Shown here piece after piece: positions 59,509 through 64,000 of a stretch of 64,000 nt of DNA. Below the pieces are notes generated by a model that searched no databases, was not told where the DNA came from, and saw only the letters and a program-made list of their open reading frames with translations. The translations under genes were made by a program, and so were the position numbers. The DNA lies in assembly GCA_944389115.1 (NCBI GenBank), contig CALXLE010000083.1, forward strand, positions 417 through 64,416, read 5' to 3'. The DNA comes from an uncultured Spirochaetaceae bacterium (GTDB taxonomy: Bacteria > Spirochaetota > Spirochaetia > Sphaerochaetales > Sphaerochaetaceae). Numbering within the stretch: position 1 is the stretch's first letter; each line of letters starts with the position of its first letter.

Positions 59509-60972
59509 ATGAAGAGAATTCTTACAGTGCTTGCAGCACTTATGCTCATTGCTTCAATGGCATATGCTGATGGCGCAAGGGAAACAGAGCAGACAATCCG
59601 CGGCAGCGTGGAGAATGCTTCGCCAAAATATGTATTCATGTTCATCGGAGATGGAATGAGCTCACCTCAGATCAATTCCGCTCAGGTGTTCAATGGCTGC
59701 AATGAGCCAGGACTTGTTGATCTTCAGGAGCTGACATTCACTCAGTTCCCTGTCGTAGGTATCCAGTATACACAGGATGCAACATCATTCGCTCCGGACT
59801 CAGCAAGTACGGCAACATCCCTTTCTTCCGGATTCAAGACACATAGCGGTGTTATCGGAATGGGAATCGACAAGGTGACGAAGGGCACGACAATTGCAGA
59901 GATGCTCCGTGATAAGGGCTGGAAGATCGGTATCGTATCGACAGTCACAATCAACCACGCAACACCTGCTGCATACTATGCTCATGTCGCATCACGCAAT
60001 GACTACTATGAGATTGGTCTGCAGATGGCTGCTTCGGGATTTGACTACTTCGGCGGCGGTTCCGTTAATCAGGCAGATAATGGCGAGAAGACAATCTACC
60101 AGGTTCTCGAGGACAATGGATATCTTGTAACGAATGACCGCGATACGATCCTCAGCCTCAACAGCGACAGTGGTAAGGTCTATGCTTACAGCCCTGTTCT
60201 TCAGGACGATGGCGCTATGCCATATGCAATCGATGCGGAAGATGACCAGCTCCAGCTCAAGGACTTCGTCAGGAAGGGAATCGATGTGCTCGACAATGAG
60301 ACTGGTTTCTTCATGATGGTTGAGTCCGGAAAGATCGACTGGGCAGGCCACGCAAACGATGCAGTTGCCAACATCAGCGATACACTCGCTTTTGATGAGG
60401 CTATCAAGGTTGCGGTTGATTTCGCAAAGGATCATCCAGATGAGACTCTCATTGTCGTGACAGGCGATCATGAGACAGGTGGTATGACAATCGGCTATGC
60501 AGCTACTGGCTACAACACAGCTTTCGATATCCTCCGCGCCCAGAAGGTTTCCTATGTGAAGTTCGATACGATGGTCGAGGAAAGAATCGCAGCAGGTGAC
60601 TTCTCCTTCGATGTACTCATGGAGATGGTTGAGGAGAACTTCGGACTTACAGCTCCTGGAACAGCTGCAGAGGTTGCTGCTCTTGAGATGAACGACTATG
60701 AGTTCGCAATGCTCCAGAGGGCATATGATGATGCAATGAGCGGGAATACTGATGGATATGAGGAATCCCTCCTCTATGGCGGATACAACCCAATCTCAGT
60801 CACGCTCACACACATCATCAACAACAAGGCTGGAATCGGCTGGACAAGCTACTTCCACACAGGTCTTCCAGTTCCTGTATATGCTTATGGAGAGGGAGCA
60901 GAGGCGTTTATCGGATCCTATGACAACACCGATGTCGCAAAGAAGCTTATGGATCTTACCAACGCAAGGTAA
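59509..60972 (+). CDS. phoA: Alkaline phosphatase (PhoA family), secreted
   Basis: FIGDGMS metal site and active-site DSASTAT. GGAGG lies 5 nt upstream of the ATG at 59509. Signal peptide MKRILTVLAALMLIASMAYA. Confidence 0.88.
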   Translation: MKRILTVLAALMLIASMAYADGARETEQTIRGSVENASPKYVFMFIGDGMSSPQINSAQVFNGCNEPGLVDLQELTFTQFPVVGIQYTQDATSFAPDSASTATSLSSGFKTHSGVIGMGIDKVTKGTTIAEMLRDKGWKIGIVSTVTINHATPAAYYAHVASRNDYYEIGLQMAASGFDYFGGGSVNQADNGEKTIYQVLEDNGYLVTNDRDTILSLNSDSGKVYAYSPVLQDDGAMPYAIDAEDDQLQLKDFVRKGIDVLDNETGFFMMVESGKIDWAGHANDAVANISDTLAFDEAIKVAVDFAKDHPDETLIVVTGDHETGGMTIGYAATGYNTAFDILRAQKVSYVKFDTMVEERIAAGDFSFDVLMEMVEENFGLTAPGTAAEVAALEMNDYEFAMLQRAYDDAMSGNTDGYEESLLYGGYNPISVTLTHIINNKAGIGWTSYFHTGLPVPVYAYGEGAEAFIGSYDNTDVAKKLMDLTNAR

Positions 60973-60987
60973 GTTGAATATAGATCA

Positions 60988-61020
60988 GAAGGGGGAGCTC
61001 CGGCTCCCCTCTTCGTTTTA
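60988..61020 (+). terminator. Hairpin after phoA (weak T-tract)
   Basis: GAAGGGGGAGC-TCCG-GCTCCCCTCTTC followed by GTTTTA. Confidence 0.45.
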
Positions 61021-61030
61021 CCGGAATCAG

Positions 61031-62191
61031 ATGCGTACCACACCGATAATCAGACGCAAGGATGCTGCTTTCATAGCGGCTTTTGCCATAGCTGCTCTTA
61101 TTCTTATCATCATACCCACCGGTTTTGAGCGGGATATATACATAAATGCGACAGGAGCGAAAGCAGAGATTCTCTCCTGTGATGACAGGGGAATAATCCA
61201 GACAGGGCTCTTCCGCACCGGAGATCAGCGCTGTCTTGTCCGTGTTCTCTCTGGGGAGCATAAGGGCCTTGAGATGGATGGGATAAATCTCCTGTCCGGG
61301 AGCCTCAAAGAGGATAAGGTCTTCGTCCCTGGGGATATCGCATGGGTGCTGATTGAGCGCGATGGGGATGGCAATCCTATATTCATAAATCTTATCGATT
61401 ATTACAGAATTGGTGCAGAATGGATTCTTGTAGCAGCTTTTGTAATCGTGCTTGTCCTCTTTGCAGGTATACGGGGAATAAGGATGATTATGTCATTCTT
61501 GTTTGCCTTTCTTATGATCTGGAAGCTCCTTATTCCCTCGATTCTGAAGGGGATGAATCCTCTTTTCATGTGTACATTCTCGCTTGTCCTGATGACTCTT
61601 GTGACACTGCCGATGGTCTCCGGGGTGAATAGGAGGAGCCTTGCGGCTATAGCAGGATCGCTTTTAAGCATGGTCATGACCGTGGCACTCTCTGTTTTCA
61701 CGACCTGGCTTCTGAGGATACATGGATCGGTGCTGGAGCAGAGTGAAGCGCTCCTTTACTGTGGATTCATCCATCTTGATCTCACATCGCTCTTCTCTGG
61801 CGTTGTATGCCTGAGCGCGGGAGGCGCTGTGATGGATCTCTCAATAGATGTATCTGCAGCTATGTGGGAAGTCCGGGAACACTCTGAGGATATCGGGAAA
61901 AGAGAACTGTTCAGGTCTGCGATGGAAGTCGGAAGGGCTGGAGTTGGCACACAGATTACAACACTGCTTCTTGCATACATGGGAAGTTTTCTCACCCTGA
62001 TGATGGTTTATATGGCCCAGGCGACACCTGTCATGAATCTGTTCACGTCAAAATCAATAGCCGCAGAGATACTCCAGACACTCGTTGGCTCAGCGGGAAT
62101 AGTGCTGGTTACACCGCTTACTGCCCTTATGGGACTCCTGATGTTCCGGTCAGATGGAGGTAAGGATAATTGTTTGCGTAATAGGGTGTAA
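61031..62191 (+). CDS. YibE/F-family membrane protein
   Basis: The N-terminal TM is followed by a soluble beta-rich segment and then about 7 TM helices. The start is trimmed to MRTTPIIRRKD, because the longer ORF overlaps phoA. Confidence 0.7.
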   Translation: MRTTPIIRRKDAAFIAAFAIAALILIIIPTGFERDIYINATGAKAEILSCDDRGIIQTGLFRTGDQRCLVRVLSGEHKGLEMDGINLLSGSLKEDKVFVPGDIAWVLIERDGDGNPIFINLIDYYRIGAEWILVAAFVIVLVLFAGIRGIRMIMSFLFAFLMIWKLLIPSILKGMNPLFMCTFSLVLMTLVTLPMVSGVNRRSLAAIAGSLLSMVMTVALSVFTTWLLRIHGSVLEQSEALLYCGFIHLDLTSLFSGVVCLSAGGAVMDLSIDVSAAMWEVREHSEDIGKRELFRSAMEVGRAGVGTQITTLLLAYMGSFLTLMMVYMAQATPVMNLFTSKSIAAEILQTLVGSAGIVLVTPLTALMGLLMFRSDGGKDNCLRNRV

Positions 62192-62209
62192 ACTCTGTAT
62201 ACTGATTTC

Positions 62210-64000
62210 ATGGCCTATGATGAAAGCAATATAAAATCCCTGTCATCACTCGAACATATCAGGCTGAGACCTGGAATGTATATCGGAAGGCTAGGCAATG
62301 GCTCGCATCCCGATGATGGCATATATGTATTACTCAAGGAGGTCGTGGATAATTCGGTAGATGAGTTCACGATGCATTTCGGTTCCCGCATTGATATCAC
62401 CGTGCTTGAAGATACGGTTTCTGTGAGGGACTATGGACGAGGTATCCCTCTTGGAAAGGTGGTGGAATGCGTTTCCGTCATCAATACTGGAGCAAAATAC
62501 GACAGCGAGGCTTTCCAGTTCTCGGTCGGTCTCAATGGTGTCGGAACGAAGGCCGTCAACGCGCTCTCATCAGCATTTCTTGTCCGTTCATACAGGGAAG
62601 GAAAATATGTAGAGGCGGAGTTCGAGCGTGGAGTTCTTAAGAGGAAGAAGGAAGGAAAAGCTCCTGAGGAGAAGGATGGCACATTCATTTCATTCCATCC
62701 CGATCCGCAGATCTTCCCCGATTTCCACTATCTCGATGATATCATCGAGGAGAGGCTGTGGAGTTACGCTTACCTCAATACGGGACTGACAATCACGTAT
62801 AACAAGATGCTCATAAAGAGCCAGAATGGGCTTCTGGATCTGCTTTCCAAGAAGCTTGGCTCCGAGGGTCTCTATCCTACACTGCATTTCAAGAATGATC
62901 ACCTTGAGTTTGCTTTCACTCATACTTCCGGATACGGCGAGAATTACTTCTCATTCGTGAATGGCCAGAATACTACCGATGGCGGAACCCACCTCGCAGC
63001 TTTTAAGGAAGGGGTGCTAAAGGGTATAAATGAATTCTTCAGGAAGAGCTGGCAGGCCCCTGAGATCCGTGATGGCATAGCTGCGGCTGTTGCCATAAAG
63101 ATGCAGAATCCTGTCTTTGAGAGCCAGACGAAGAACAAGCTTGGATCTACAGAGGTCCGTACCTGGATTGTAAACGAAGTCCGTGAAGCCGTAATGGATG
63201 CCCTTATGAAGGATAAGGCAAAAGCTCAGGGCATCCAGGAGAAGGTAACGACCAATGAAAAGGTCCATAAGGAAGAGCAGGCTGTCAGGAACAATGCAAA
63301 GGAGAGGGCCAGGAAGACAGCTATCCATATTCCTAAGCTGAAGGATTGCCGATACCATCTCGATTCCTCCTCTGCGCAGCACAGGAAGGAAGCTGAGAAT
63401 TCGATGATATTCCTCACAGAGGGAGACAGCGCTGCAGGAACGTTATCGATTGCCCGTGATGCGAACACCCAGGCAGTATTCGCGCTCCGGGGAAAACCAT
63501 TCAATGTCCAGGGCTATAAGCGTACGGAGCTCTATAAGCATGAGGAGCTGTACAATATCATGGTGGCACTTGGAATTGAGAACGGCATTGATGATATCCG
63601 CTATTCAAAGGTTGTCATCGCTACCGATGCCGATACAGATGGTTTCCATATAAGAATACTTCTCATGACATTCTTCCTCTCATATTTCGAGGAACTTGTC
63701 ACATCAGGCCGCCTCTTCATCCTTGAGACTCCGCTTTTCAGAGTCAGGAACAAATCAGTGACAAGCTACTGCTATTCGGAAGCGGAGCGCGATCAGGCAA
63801 TGGCGAAGATAAAGGGCTGCGAGGTGACAAGATTTAAAGGCCTCGGAGAGATAAGCCCGAATGAGTTCAAGGGCTTCATAGGAGAGGATATAAAGCTCCT
63901 TCCTGTCACAATCTCATCGATAAAGGACATCAAGGATAAGATGGAGTTCTATATGGGACAGAATACCCCTCAGCGCAGGGAGTTCATTATGGAGAATCTT
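62210..64000 (+). CDS. parE: Type IIA topoisomerase B subunit, ParE (topo IV)-like; 3' end truncated by the window
   Basis: Open frame from the ATG at 62210 to the window end (597 codons). It is not in the ORF track because it has no stop in the window. Motifs: [28 protein letters not shown], Toprim EGDSAAG, DADTDGFHI. It is distinct from the gyrB at 17276..19321. Confidence 0.85.
   Translation, partial: MAYDESNIKSLSSLEHIRLRPGMYIGRLGNGSHPDDGIYVLLKEVVDNSVDEFTMHFGSRIDITVLEDTVSVRDYGRGIPLGKVVECVSVINTGAKYDSEAFQFSVGLNGVGTKAVNALSSAFLVRSYREGKYVEAEFERGVLKRKKEGKAPEEKDGTFISFHPDPQIFPDFHYLDDIIEERLWSYAYLNTGLTITYNKMLIKSQNGLLDLLSKKLGSEGLYPTLHFKNDHLEFAFTHTSGYGENYFSFVNGQNTTDGGTHLAAFKEGVLKGINEFFRKSWQAPEIRDGIAAAVAIKMQNPVFESQTKNKLGSTEVRTWIVNEVREAVMDALMKDKAKAQGIQEKVTTNEKVHKEEQAVRNNAKERARKTAIHIPKLKDCRYHLDSSSAQHRKEAENSMIFLTEGDSAAGTLSIARDANTQAVFALRGKPFNVQGYKRTELYKHEELYNIMVALGIENGIDDIRYSKVVIATDADTDGFHIRILLMTFFLSYFEELVTSGRLFILETPLFRVRNKSVTSYCYSEAERDQAMAKIKGCEVTRFKGLGEISPNEFKGFIGEDIKLLPVTISSIKDIKDKMEFYMGQNTPQRREFIMENL

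Noticed and set aside
62210-64000. Second gyrB-like gene as evidence of duplication or horizontal transfer
   Set aside because: It is diverged from the gyrB at 17276..19321 and has ParE-like features (short N-terminus, no insertion). It is most simply the normal topoisomerase IV B subunit. The partner parC cannot be assessed because the window ends.

Overview
This window looks like an origin-proximal core chromosomal segment of an anaerobic, diderm-type bacterium. Gene content and order (gyrA<-gyrB<- ->dnaA->dnaN->recF->DUF721->rpmH->rnpA->yidC->jag, parAB, a cyclophilin-FKBP fusion, PerR-like regulator plus rubrerythrin) are reminiscent of spirochaetes (Treponema/Sphaerochaeta-like), but that taxonomic guess is low confidence. 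About 52 protein genes are supported, mostly housekeeping: replication, partition, topoisomerases, leuS, pth, lgt, gpmI, peptidases, an ABC importer and sugar enzymes. rpmH and the 3'-truncated parE-like gene are real but absent from the ORF track. I found no rRNA, tRNA, CRISPR, transposase, integrase or recognisable defence/toxin system. The most interesting signals are non-coding. (1) There are two separate DnaA-box clusters, one in the dnaA-dnaN gap and one about 7 kb away between rubrerythrin and a sigma54-type ATPase gene. Each has an AT-rich core and they share a near-identical 34-bp box module. (2) Two parS sites sit at the edge of and inside a 1.1-kb very AT-rich, palindrome-rich, ORF-free region next to parAB. 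(3) A G9 homopolymer lies in the promoter spacer of a beta-helix lipoprotein gene and is a phase-variation candidate. Unusual protein architectures are an enhancer-binding-type AAA+ protein with no DNA-binding domain and a GAYSGA loop, a DAH7P synthase-prephenate dehydratase fusion, a UvrA paralogue lacking the UvrB-binding domain, and a 1123-aa GH13 protein. All calls come from reading the sequence and ORF translations by eye. No database search was run, and start codons are best guesses.
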